The translations under genes were made by a program, and so were the position numbers. Shown in pieces: positions 13,547 to 26,100 of a stretch of DNA of 64,000 nucleotides (positions are counted from its first letter, which is position 1; the number at the start of each line of letters is the position of its first letter). The notes beneath the pieces were generated by a model that saw nothing but the letters and a program-made list of their open reading frames with translations, did no database searches and was not told the origin of the DNA. The DNA comes from Adineta vaga (taxonomy: Eukaryota > Animalia > Rotifera): positions 19,034,001 through 19,098,000 of the forward strand of contig CP075492.1 in NCBI GenBank assembly GCA_021613535.1, in the 5' to 3' direction.

Positions 13547-14624
13547 TCAAAATAATACAAATAAAATATCGCATATTTTATTTTTATTTGACTCGGATCC
13601 ATATTGATTTGGATCAGGTCCATATGGATCAGTTTGATAATTAAAAGTTCCACCATATCCATATTGTTTATTTGCAAGATGATGTGCTTGTTCAATTGCA
13701 CGTCGTTTAGCTTGTTCTCGATTAAGAAAATCTAAACCTTTTCGTTTCAAATAGTTTATCTACTTCAGCAGCTGCAAAACCTGCGAGCATTTCTTTCATA
13801 AACGGATGTGATACATGTTCACCTTGATGACGACAATGATCTTCATATGCTTTCATAGCTAAACAAAATTATGACGAGTTTAATACAAAAATACAGAATA
13901 TAAAAGATAATAAATAAACAGATCTAACCTGCAAAACCTGCTGCGTCATCTATAAGTAGAGTCCTGCAGGTCGAGCCAACCTGCCCTGCCCTGCCCGGCC
14001 AGGTCAGGGCAGGGCAGGGCAGGTTACGATAGTAGCAGGGCAGGACAGGGTAAGGTTATGAAAATTTTTACAGGGCAGGTTGCAGGGTACGAATGTCATA
14101 ACCTGTCTTCAATCTGTGACAAATTTTACACGTGTTTTTAGCTCGTCTGGAAGGATTTTAGAAAAACGAAGACAATTATTAAGTCCAGATGTTGTCGACG
14201 ATATGTTAATGATTCAAAATTTTCGAGATATGTGATTTTGTTTTTGTTTATATTTATTTACTTTATAATTTGAAATAGATGAATAAAATTCTGTAAGAAA
14301 TTGGTATGAAAGTTTAGAGTATTCTTATAATGTGAGACAGGGCAGGGCAGGTTAAAGGTTACGGAAATTTTTGCAGGGCAGGACAGGGCAGGGCACGCGA
14401 AAAATTCACAGGGCAGGGCAGGTTGCCGAAATTTGAGAAGGGCAGGTTACAGGTTGCCAAAATGTCTTGCCCTGCAGTACTCTACCTATAAGTTCATGTG
14501 TCCACGATGCTTTATGATGATCTTGATGTTGATTATATTCGTACATTTGATAATTATCACCATATACATGATCATAAGCTGTATTACTTTCGTTAAAACC
14601 AAAAAGATTAAGAAAAAACGCCAT
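13547..14624 (-). pseudogene. cipC: CipC-like (DUF3759, fungal-type) gene disrupted by a hAT insertion and a frameshift
   Basis: Removing the hAT element and one intron (13859-13928) gives HKASWTHELIGDAAGFAAMKAYEDHCRHQGEHVSHPFMKEMLAGFAAAEVDKLFET/KGLDFLNREQAKRRA, matching the CipC pattern. An extra A near 13740 shifts the frame. Confidence 0.85.
13957..14484 (+). mobile_element. 528 bp non-autonomous hAT transposon
   Basis: TIRs TAGAGTCCTGCAGG / CCTGCAGTACTCTA. 8-bp TSD TCTATAAG (13949-13956) / CCTATAAG (14485-14492). Subterminal CAGGG pentamer arrays. Residual hATC dimerisation peptide RVFSSSGRILEKRRQLLSPDVVDDMLMIQNFRDM* at 14131-14235. Confidence 0.93.
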
Positions 14625-15237
14625 TGGAAATTATTAATTTATGTATTGTATTTACCTCTAAAAAATAAGGAATAAAATGTTTGTTATTTCTCTAACGACA
14701 ATGCAATAATAGAAGAAAAAAGAAAAAGAAATAAGAATTTATATTGCAGAAAGAAAAAATTCCTTATGAATTCGTCAGTAGCTAACGCGTAAAAAATTAA
14801 ATAGAGGAAAAATCTTTATTTTCTTGTATGACGTATGAATCAGGGATGTTACTTTATCTTTATACGCAAAATAAAGTTAAAATAAAGAATAAAGTTAATT
14901 TTTTTGAAATTTTAAAATAGTGAAAAATAAACATTAGAGTATAGTATTAAACATCAAGAAAAACATATTATATGAGAGGAAGATCTTTTGTCCCAAGAAG
15001 ATGAGATAAGTAGATAGATTTTGGAAAAGTAATTATTATCGTATTTGCGAAGTTATTCGGCAAGTAAATGATAAAATAATGAAACTTTTTTCTACTGAAC
15101 ATTTGATTTTTCTTTCGGTATAATTCACATTCATCTGCAACATCGTATAAAACTTTCCAATGCACGTTGTGCACGATTTTATTTTATTTTAGTTAATCGA
15201 ATAAAGAATAAAGGACAGATATTATTACATTTTCCCA

Positions 15238-15302
15238 TCTTGAGGGTGTGCGTCTGGGTATCTCCTCTTTTTTCAAACTCACACCCACAAGCAACTCACA
15301 CC
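15238..15302. repeat. Telomere-like hairpin element
   Basis: TCTTGAGGGTGTGCGTCTGGGT...ACTCACACCCACAAG...ACTCACACC. Confidence 0.7.
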
Positions 15303-15606
15303 AGTCTCGTAAGACGGCACCGACTTTAAAACCGACGAGAACAGATACTACACTTCGATCTAAGCCTGAAAAGGCGAGAAGCGATACTGAATGATTGCCA
15401 TTCTTACTCTCGACCATGTCTGTGTCTTTGCACATTCTCATTTGCAGAATAAAAAAATGACGAAATACTCAAATGTATTATTCACATTGTACAGCACAAC
15501 GCGAATGGTTATAACCTACTGCAAATGTCACATTCATGCGAACAATAATAGAATGACAAACAGTTACTTAGAATTTCTTTAGGAGTCTGACTTCGATCAA
15601 ACTTAG
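15301..15606 (+). repeat. Truncated copy of the dispersed element at 29421-30217
   Basis: Closely similar to 29491-29799 (CCAGTCTCGTAAGAC...GATCAAACTTAG). Both ends abut telomere-like hairpins. Confidence 0.9.
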
Positions 15607-15682
15607 GGTGTGGGTGTGGGTATGGGTATTTAAATACTAATGCACTCACACCCTCACCCACACCCAAACCCACCCACACCCT
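15603..15682. repeat. Telomere-like hairpin element with a four-G-run (G-quadruplex-capable) arm
   Basis: GGGTGTGGGTGTGGGTATGGG (15606-15626) then CTCACACCCTCACCCACACCCAAACCCACCCACACCC. Confidence 0.85.
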
Positions 15683-15860
15683 TTCTAAATTGATTTAAAG
15701 TTTTGACTTGCATCTTGCCATATCCATAGCAGTGGAAAAACATTTACTGATGTCTAAAAATCATTGAATCTGTAGTCAATACATAGGTCATTTATGTATA
15801 TGAGTAAATTGAAGTTATTTGAAGAAGAATATTTTGTTTTCACTTATTTGTGTTAATTAG

Positions 15861-16132
15861 AATGGGTAACTACAGGAAACATGAGTGTTGGACGAGAATA
15901 CCACTGTGCATCGACATTAGTAAATGAAAAAGTGTTAGTTACTGGCGGATATAATGGTGGTTCTCTCAATAGTGCTGAATTATATGATCCATCAACAGGT
16001 ATTTGGACAACTACAGGAAATATGAATGCTGCACGAAACTATCACACATCGTCTATATTAGCAAATGGAAAAGTATTAGTTACTGGTGGATATGGTATTG
16101 AGGGTTATCTTAGGAGTGCTGAGCTGTATTAA
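15861..16132 (+). pseudogene. Orphan two-blade Kelch-repeat exon
   Basis: Acceptor TAATTAG at 15860, then WVTTGNMSVGREYH..VLVTGGYNGGSLNSAELYDPSTG..SAELY*. It starts and ends like the 7-blade exon at 55235-56210 but has only two repeats, and no upstream exons were found. Confidence 0.7.
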
Positions 16133-17248
16133 TTAACAAAGACAGATTGACAATTTTTTGTAAACTATATCATAAAATTTTTATTTTTAATCAAAGTATT
16201 TAATCATGCACGCTTCTATAATAAATATTCAATGTTTACGATAATCACTTTTGCTATATGTGCGAGTGTATAATAAAATCATTTAGATAAAAGAAGAATA
16301 TTTATCGTACGAAATTAATAATAGATGTTCATATCTGTCTGATGTTTGGGCTTATGAATGAGTTTTTTTTTTGGAAATAATAACAAAAAAATTACCTTGA
16401 CAAGATACGTTTGGAAAGAATGAGGAAGTTTGTATAACAATAAAAAAGCATCGGATCATTTTCGTAATATTCTTTGTTCCTGTTATGCTTGGTCAAAAAG
16501 TATTCCTCGTTTAAATAGAATGTTGAATGATTCTGAAGATATTGACGAAAGTACTTGATCATATTCATCTTCACAACAATATTATTCGATATATCCAACG
16601 AAAACAACAGATTATACGTCTGCACGACGCAAATATGATGATGATTTTTTCTATTGACACAAAAGAATATCAATAAGAGATGAATAGGCAATGTACTGCA
16701 AGTCTTTGTTGTGTCTTTTTCATTCAATTACAAATGTGTTTTCTTTCCAAAGTAAATGTTGAAAAAATAATTCAAGAAATATCAATAAAGAAATCTGTAA
16801 ACAATTATTATGATATTTTCATAGAAAAAATATATTGAATTCTTATGTAACTGTCAATGACGTCGAATGTGCTTTTATTCTTTAAAGACATTTTTATGGA
16901 TTTTATGAATAGAAATACAAGAAAAATTGATTGATCAGACGAGAACCATGTGATGCATATTTATCATATATAAAAGAGTGGAAAGTTAATTCTATCATTA
17001 TAGTCAATTCATGTTTTTATAAAACAAACAAAGAAAGTGAATACTAGTCAACGTAAGTTTAGATTTATAGCATAATTTTCTTTTATTTATCATTCTTTTT
17101 TCATAGAGACTATATCTTATCAATAACAAGTAATAAAGATATGTCAAATCTAGATGCACAATATGAACTGATGCAGAAACCTTCGTAATATTTGTTAAAA
17201 TTTTCATTGTAGATAAAATTACGATAAAATATATTTCTTTTTTTCAGA

Positions 17249-18891
17249 ATGTTGAATTCGAAACAAATTATGATTGGTCTTGTTGTATTTTTTGGTTTGG
17301 GTCTTATAGCAATTGCAATCGTCGTTATAGTTTCTTTGATTCCTTTGTTTGTTGAAAATACTGCAACAAGTTCATCATTGAATCAAGCAAAAGGTGAGGA
17401 AATATAATTGTTTTTAAACGATCTTTCGATTATTTACATTTCAAATTATCAATTTATGTTTTAGAATCGGACTTCATTACAAACACTTACATTTCAAATC
17501 TTAATATAAGTAGCATAGAGAATACAGAGGTTACAAACATGGCCAGTATCGCTCGACAAGTATTTATTTATCTAAAATAATAAAATTCAAAAGTTGTAAA
17601 TGTCTAGTTAGAAACAAATGTTGGTTTGTCATTAAATTCAGTAAATGTCTATAGTGTTCAATTCAGTAGTGATAGTCGCCGTCGTCGTCGTCATGATAAT
17701 GAATATAAACGTATCAAATGTCAATCGTAAGTAAAATGTTTTCATGTTTCATATTAAATTTATGTTTTCTAGATTACAATGTAATTCACAAGGAATAGGT
17801 CAAACATTTACAGAGATCTTTATTAAAGTCAAGATTGTTTATCCAACCTCGTGTGGTAAATCACAAACTTGCAAGAAAAAATTCCTTACAAATGCTCAAA
17901 ATCGTTTTACTGCTCTCACAACTAACTTTCCCTTATCACTGACGTTTGCCGATGGACGAACTGTTAATGTTCAAGTTGTGCTATGCAATTCGGTCGTAGA
18001 GTCATCATCTTCAATCAGCACATCCATAGGTAAAAACGAAGAAACTATACAATTTTTTAATGTCTAGATAAAAATGACAGTCACCATACTATTTTATCTG
18101 AATAACTTACTGAAGCGAAAACACCTATATAATTATTTTCGGTAATAGATATTAAAATGAAAATAGTTCTAATATAATCAATTCTACAGATTTTATTGCG
18201 ATCTAATCATAACAAAACAAATAAGAGAACTCAATAGTATATAGTTGTCTATTGAGATTGATTACGACATCGAAATATATCATTGAACTTACTAAATAAT
18301 TCCTTGTTTTCATAGCAGGTGTGACATCGACATCAACATCAACTAGTTCCACAACCAAAGGAAACACTGTATTCGAACAACAAGCATTGTCACAAACAAA
18401 TATCTATCGAGCAACTCGTTGTGTGGCCGCTTTAACTTTCGATGCTAATCTAACAGCAATTGCACAAGCTTATGCTCAAACATTATGCAATTCAAACACT
18501 TTTGCACACAGTGGAAATACTTATCAAGGAAATTCACTAGGTGAAAATTTATGGACAACTATGTCATCGAGTCCAATCAATATAAATACTATCAATGGTA
18601 AATATATATTTTCAAAAGAATTCCTTATTAGAATTTCTCAGCTTAGGTTCAAGTCCAGTTGATGCTTGGTTTAATGAAATAAGTAGTTACAATTGGGTAT
18701 CACCTGGTTTTTCAGCGAGTACAGGACATTTTACACCATTAGTTTGGCAATCTACGACCGTTTTTGGTATTGGTATTTGCTGTATAACTGGTAATACGAA
18801 GTGTATTGTCGTTGCCAATTATTATCCAGCTGGTAATTTTGCTGGACAGTTTCCTCAAAATGTTTTACAACCTCCGTGTTCTGGAAAATAA
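17249..18891 (+). CDS. Type II membrane protein with RRRRR site, S/T stalk and C-terminal CAP/SCP (PR-1/GAPR-1-like) domain
   Basis: Exons 17249-17393, 17465-17559, 17608-17726, 17773-18029, ~18316-18597, 18647-18891 are in frame. N-terminal hydrophobic anchor IMIGLVVFFGLGLIAIAIVVIVSLIPLF. CAP motifs AHSG, GENL, WFNE, GHFTPLVW, VVANYYPAGN. Confidence 0.85.
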
Positions 18892-20103
18892 TGTCACTGT
18901 TCTTTATAAACTTGCTTATTCAATAAACGTTTTTCAACATTTATTATTCAATTTATTTTCATCTTTTTGAGACGTCTATCTATAATACTTTTTTTTATTA
19001 ATCATTCTCTACTTATGTCAACTTAATGGTTTTCTTCATATCGAGACAATGGAACAATAAAAATGTAAGACATTACGTAATCATCATCTAACCAGTTTTT
19101 AAAAGAAGAACCATAATACTCAATACTCGGAAATGTCATCTCCAAAACGAAACACAATTGTTTTTTTCTAGGAATAACACTTCTGATGTCGTAGAACTAA
19201 ATATCTAAAGTGAGTATAGTACAAACACCTCTTTGGCTCAATCCATACGATTCTCCTTATATCTTATTATTTGAGAGTACCCTTATATGAATAGACTGAA
19301 AAATACCTTGTAAATATCTTTTAAGCTGACATTTCGGCTTTCTTACTAACCTAGTATGGTCTGTCTTTAGTGAAAATAGCAACCTCATCAGAAGTGGGCA
19401 TTGAGCAACATCGAATCTGACTTGTGTAGTGCTCCAAAATATATTGGAAGATTAATCGTCGAGAAATAACCGAGCACAAGAAAAGAGTGAAGAAAGGTAT
19501 TTTTTCTTCATCGTTCTAAGACAATGTATGGAGGAGTAATCGAACGAGAGAAGAAAAATCAAACAATGCATCAATTAAGAATATAAAAGGAGAACATATA
19601 AAGTTTATTTTAAGAGATGCTTATCTGTAAATATCAATTGTTGTCATTTTCTAATGTATAATCTGTTCTCTTTTTAATTGAAAGCCATTTGAAGAAATAT
19701 ATGATGTTAGAAAGAATTGATTCATTGTTTGTCCAAATCAAGATCTAGATAACTGTAGTTAACATCATCTTAATCAACATAAACAATCAAATATATGTAT
19801 TTTTGTAACACTGAAGAGAGTATATATTACAGACTAGCTAGGTTCCCTGTTGACGAAGAAATAATCGTATAAGACTCATCAACAATGTTGAAATAAATGG
19901 GTGCATACTGAATTAAATTATTTAATTAGACAATAATCACTATAATGCTGAAGATATGTGAACAATTAAAGTTTAAATATAAGCGCAATACTTTATGTAA
20001 TTATGAGTAAGCAAACTATAAGAAGCAGTTATATCGTATGTTTAAAGCATAAAATGCAACGCGACAACATTCAATAATATATAATTTTGAATTAAGATCG
20101 TTT

Positions 20104-23078
20104 TCACGTGCATGCATTCAAAAGAATGAACACGAAGTCTTTGGCAGCAACATAATCACTTGCAGCGACATCTAACCGTCCATCATTATTGAAATCACTA
20201 ACAATAACTGTGCGTTGAGTGGTATTAACTGGGAACTTGATTTGAGATTCGAAACTTCCATTGCCAGTGCCAAGTAATACACTCAGACTTTTTTCACTAC
20301 GAGATGCAACAACAAGGTCTAATCGTCCATTTCCGTTCATGTCACCAACAGCGACCCACATTGGAAAACGACCGGTTGGAAATTCTGTTTGTAATTCAAA
20401 AGATCCGTTACCATTTCCAAGAAGTATACCTACACTATGCAACGCGTTGTTGACAACCACAAGATCTAGTCTATTATCTCGGTTAAAATCACCCGTATCG
20501 ATGGCGACCGGTTTAGTACCAATCGAAAACACTATTTGTGATTCAAAACTACCATTACCCATTCCAAGCAACACACTCATTGTGTCGTGGTCTTTGCTGA
20601 CGACGACAAGATCCAGTTGATTGTCGCCATTAAAATCACCAACAGCAATAGACGATGGGAGAACAATAGTATAATATGGTGTTTGGGATGCGAAATTTCC
20701 ATCACCATTTCCGAGAAATACGCTCACACTAGCCGAATAGGTATTAACAACAATAAGATCTGGATGATGATCACCATTAACATCACCAACAGCGCCCGAA
20801 CATGGACTATGACCCGTTGTGTAAAATGTTGATGATTCGAAACTCCCACTACCAGTTCCAAGTTGTACGTTTACGGTGTCATCATCGGTGTTGATAATGG
20901 CCACGTCAGCTAGGTAATCGCCATTGAAATCGGTAGCACCAATAATACGCGAATCATAATTCATGGGAAATGTTGTTTGTTCTCTAAAAGTGCCATTGCC
21001 AAGGCCAATAAGTACACTGAAACTATATCCGATGACGTTGCTAATGGCGAGATCTAATTGACCATCATCATTGAAATCAGTGACGGCAATCGACACCGGC
21101 AAAATGCCAACTAAATATCTAACCGGTGTTGTAAATGTCAAGTTCATACATGTTTGTACTAATAGTAATAAACAACAAAATGAAGATTAAAGGAAAAACT
21201 CTTTCAATCTTCAAGTATAATCGATATACAATGGTAATCAGTACAAGTTCGGATTTTAGTGAAGAACCTATGATAAAATTTGCATTCTCATACTATGACG
21301 TTTCGGTGAGACATTCGTTGGACAATGGTAAAAAATTGCTCATTTTGTGTCCAAAGTTTCTCAGCCCTGGCTCTTAGGATATTTTCAATTTTATTTTTTT
21401 AATCAAGAGCATGTCAGGATGCAAGACACTATAAAGCCATTTTATTTCAATTCTTACTTTTTAGCAAAGAAAAGGATAACAATTTTGATAACTCAAAAAA
21501 CGCGCTACAAATGAGTGTCAGTATATATATATATATATTAACGGAAAAACTTAATCTAGAAGGAGGACTCTGTGGTGCTCTGAATCTTGACATGCTCTTC
21601 CTGACAAAAAATTAAACATATCGTAAGAATATATATCGACAAATCTTCGTCTGAAAAAGTCTGTTTTTTTAGCAGTTGATTAGAGATATGATCAGAATTT
21701 TTAGCCACAAAGGCGGTTTTTCAGATAAAAAGATATATTATTTCTGAAAGATCCGAATAGGGTTATCTCCCTACATAATTATCTCAATTCTGAAATTTCT
21801 GTTGAAAATTGATTCTTTTAGAGGGGGAGTGCCTAAAAATACATGACATGATGTACTTTTTACTATTTTCTATACACTATATCATCTTTGTAGTTTAGTA
21901 CGGAACTCAACTAGCTTCTAACATTTATTGAAAATATTTTTCTATGATTCTCAAAAACTCAAATATTTGGAAAATCTTTAGATGGGAAGTATACGTCCCA
22001 CTGAGACTCAAAGAGTTAACTTGAATCTCTTTCAGTCTAATATGACTTTTTTTAAAGTCTCTTAACGCAAACAAATCGAAAATGTTCTTCGTGTTAGGAC
22101 GAAATGCATTTAATGCGGTGCGTGCAGAGAGGAACTAAGACTGATAAAAAAATTCAGATTTTATGTACTCCAAATAAAACATCAGATACAATTGATTTAC
22201 TTGCCTTGTCTTCAAGGAAAAAAACGGCCTAGAGAAAAGATAACATAGTCTTAATATATACGAACCGGCTGGAGTAGAGACTGGTAATGTTGAAGCAATT
22301 GTTTTAGTCGTTGAGTTTATGGCTGAACTTGTATATGTACTTATTGGTGTGCTTGCCGTCGTGTTATTAGTACTATTTGTATATGTAATAGATACCATGC
22401 TGGTACCTATATTTGTACTTGTATCAATTGTAGATTCTAGTGAATAGAGAACATGTGGTAAATTTCTATTCAAATATATATAATCGTTCAAGCACGAACA
22501 ACATTATTGGCAAGCAGCAGTCAGAAGATTATCCAGCTCGTATAAAATTATAATGCCTTTTACACTAGTTTTATATTTTTTTTTAGTTAAAGTGATTATG
22601 AGAAAAGTGACAAACTCATTCGCATTTTTTTGCGTAAAATCAAAAATATTTATTTTTAATATAATTATTTCAAAATTGATCAATTACCGCTTAGATAAGT
22701 GAAATTAGAAATTTCTAATCTTTACAGACTGCTGCTACCTAGAATTATAATTTCTGAAGTAGCATTCCGCGAATTTTCGACGAAAATAAAATGTTTCTGT
22801 CTGTTTCGGACAGAATGTGCGATATAGGTAAAGAAAACTTTACCTGTCAGTATAGCTTGTTTCTGTTTTGGTCGAGTAAAATAAACCGATGGAATGACAA
22901 TACCAGTTACGATTATTGCAAACAGTATAATCCCTAACAGTACCTTGAGATAACGAGGCATTGATAAGAAGAAATGTGTCCTAATAAAAATGATTGGAAG
23001 ATATCAACAAAAAAATAAAACAAGAGAAACATACGAAACTATTGAAGACACTGGTATTGCTTGTGAGGTACCTTCATC
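20104..23078 (-). CDS. TM anchor + S/T stalk + FG-GAP/VCBS beta-propeller (own gene, or C-terminal part of the gene at 23179-27273)
   Basis: Exons 23078-23035, 22980-22844 (VLLGIILFAIIVTGIVIPSVYF), 22436-22266 (T/S-rich) and 21158-20104 splice in frame. Seven D(F/V/M)NxDxxxDL-type repeats with LGxGNGSF. Confidence 0.85.
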
Positions 23079-23178
23079 CTGTAATATCATAATTTCAAAA
23101 ATCATTAAATAAAATATGGAAGCGTAAGTAAGTTTCAAATTTGGAGTTTACATTATAGAGTTTCATTTTTTCTGGCTA

Positions 23179-26100
23179 TCATTTCTCAATTCTTTCTGTC
23201 GTTTTAGAGGAAATAGACATTTTTTGCAAACAAACATTTACCTGCTCTATATCAATTCGTGCTCTTTTTTTGCATTTTCTAACTAATTTGTAGCTAGAAA
23301 AGACGAGGAATGGAACAATAAGTTTGAAAAAAGTTGTCAATCCACCATAAAGACCCAAAACTATTGTGATTAAGATGATCAAATTATTTCGTTCGACAAG
23401 TGTCACAGAACAAGAATGAGGTTGACATTGCTCAAAAAATTGCTTATATGAGACATTTGATGAACAAGTTTCGATAAACATTTGTTGAACGATCGAATCA
23501 AGAGTATCATTTGAAGAAAAACGAGTTTTGTTTCGATTGAGTGGTACAGGATAGATAGATAAAGACATATTCAAATAGTTAGTGAGAAAATCAATACACG
23601 TCTGTTCATACAAACATTCGATTGTACTTCGAAGGGTGGATTCAAGTACAGTACAACCAACAAGATAACCTGGAATGTAAGGAATCGATGGTTGGGTACA
23701 TGCTGCCGATGTGGCACAATTACATTTGTCATTGCCATAATGTTGTGGGTGAAAGTATATTGGTCCGTCCGAACGTACTTCATAGACGAAGGGATACCAG
23801 TTTGTTAAATAGGCAGAAACCAATCCATTACTTTGTATCATACCACGTATGGTTTGAAGTGAATATAAAAAAGATCCCGATAGTGTTGATTGAAAATCAG
23901 TTAGCGATGAATCGATTTCTCTATCGAATGTGTTGACATCGATCATATAACCAGAAATTCTAGATGAAGCAAGATATTGTTTTCGAGCATCATTTACAGT
24001 ATCTTGTACTAGATTGCACAACATAACAAGAGCTTGAAAATGACTAAAAATAGTGCCTTCTAATGAAAATACATTTATTTTTGCTTTTTGTGTATCCTGC
24101 ATGTTATAGACTCGAAATAATTCTTGTAAATATGAGTCAGAAACGAATTGACTTGCACATACTGGATGAAAATGACATTGTAATTCAAGAAATAATGAAT
24201 ATTTAATTGATAATTGAGAACATGAACAACTAACAGCATCTGATCCATAACGTTGTTGCAATTCTTGATATTGATCAATAGATGGATTTATTATTGTAAA
24301 AGTATTTGTGGAATATCCTAACGAAGTGTAGATAATGAGAATGAATAATGAGATGATGAGAAGAAGTAAATAGACGTGTGTTGCTCGACATTGTTGTTCA
24401 ATATTGACTGTACTATTTTTATCATCGAATACATTCAGTTTTTTAAACCAATCTCGAATCTTGATGCCAAGTGTAACAAGACGTGGAAAAGGAATAGCTA
24501 AACGTCAATACATGAAAAATCTTTTAGGAAAATTAATCAATATATTCTTACTTGATTCTAGTGTTGCCGGCTGCTGCTGTAGCCAAATCTTCCGAATGAT
24601 TTTGACGCATATTGTTACAAAAAAGGGAACAAGAAGACGCAGCGAGACAGACAATCCACCAATTAAACCAATAATTCTTGTTATAGTTTCTAATACATTG
24701 TTGCGTCGCAAAATCTGATAGGAACATGATATAGGTTGACACTGAATAAAATAAGATGAATAATTCGTAGATTGAATCCAAGATTCAATAAACATTTCTG
24801 CGAGTAACGAACTAATTGTCGTATTTATCATAAAACGGCTCGCATCAGAAGATGAATTAAGTCGAGTAAAATTATTAAATGATGATACATTATAATAGTT
24901 AATTATAATTGTTAGACAATCATGATTGTCATAAAAACATTCAAGCGTTGATTGTAAAAGTGAATCAATAGGATAACAAGCAGAATACAAACCAGGCACA
25001 GGATATATTAAGGGATATGACGGATATGGACCCATTAGGCTCCAATTTTCTACACAACTTGAATCATTTGCACATGAACATATATAAGATGAATTACCAG
25101 AATTATTGTCAATAGTCCGAATTTCTAAGAAAACATCATATGTTGGCGAGGTAGTAACATCGAGTGCGAAATTCTGGAATGTACTAGAAAGAATTTGATT
25201 GATGAATGTTATGTTGCGCAAATGTTGAATAAATTGTATAAAGTTATTTGTTGTTTCTAATTTAAATTGTTCGATAGCAGCAACTATTTGATATTGAAAG
25301 TGATCGACTGAAAGTAGTTGAACACTTACAAGTTGATTTTGTTTAAATGCTTCTAAAGAGTTGATAATAGTCTCATTTGATAAGCTACACAGAGTTGTCA
25401 GTAGTTGAAATAGCGATCCGCTGCTATGAAAACTAGTAGCCGCGGTCGGATATTTTCCATACAAGTTATAAATTGCGATACTGATCACATCGAAACTATC
25501 TAACCATCGATCTGATACAAAATCACTGGAACATACTTGATGATAGACTGGTTGAAGTTGAAGGAGTTGTCCATAGTGTGCGGTTAGTTGAGTACATGGA
25601 CATTGTAAAGATGAATTTAAATCGCTTTGTAATTGTAGTTGTTGTACCATATTCAGTGAAGGTTTACTCACTTGAATTGTTCTTATTTCAGTACTTAACA
25701 TTCCATTGAAAATTACAATGATCAGAGCAACGCCTAGTAATAAAATATAAATACGTGTTGTCCAACATTGTTGCTTGATATCCGATGGTTCCTGTCGAAG
25801 TGACGATGTAAACAGATTGAGATTGTATAACGAATACCATAACAGTTTTATTATTGTTTTTACTCGGTCTTTCCATGATGTTTCTACTACAACTATATAC
25901 ATAGAATGTTTTCAGTTAATATTTAAAAAAGAATTAAGTTATATTTGAAAATATTTCAATTTAAACTTACCGATATCAGTAGAAACATCTTGATGTGATG
26001 TTCGATTCAAACGATTAACCAAGCCGGCTACCAAGTATGGAACACAAAATCGAAGAACAACTGATAGGCCTCCATACAATCCGAGAAGAGCAGTAAACAC

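Noticed and set aside
21280-22020. Transposon remnants in the 1.1 kb FG-GAP intron
   Set aside because: A short inverted repeat (~21403/21590) and an AAAGAGTTAA end are present, but boundaries could not be defined.
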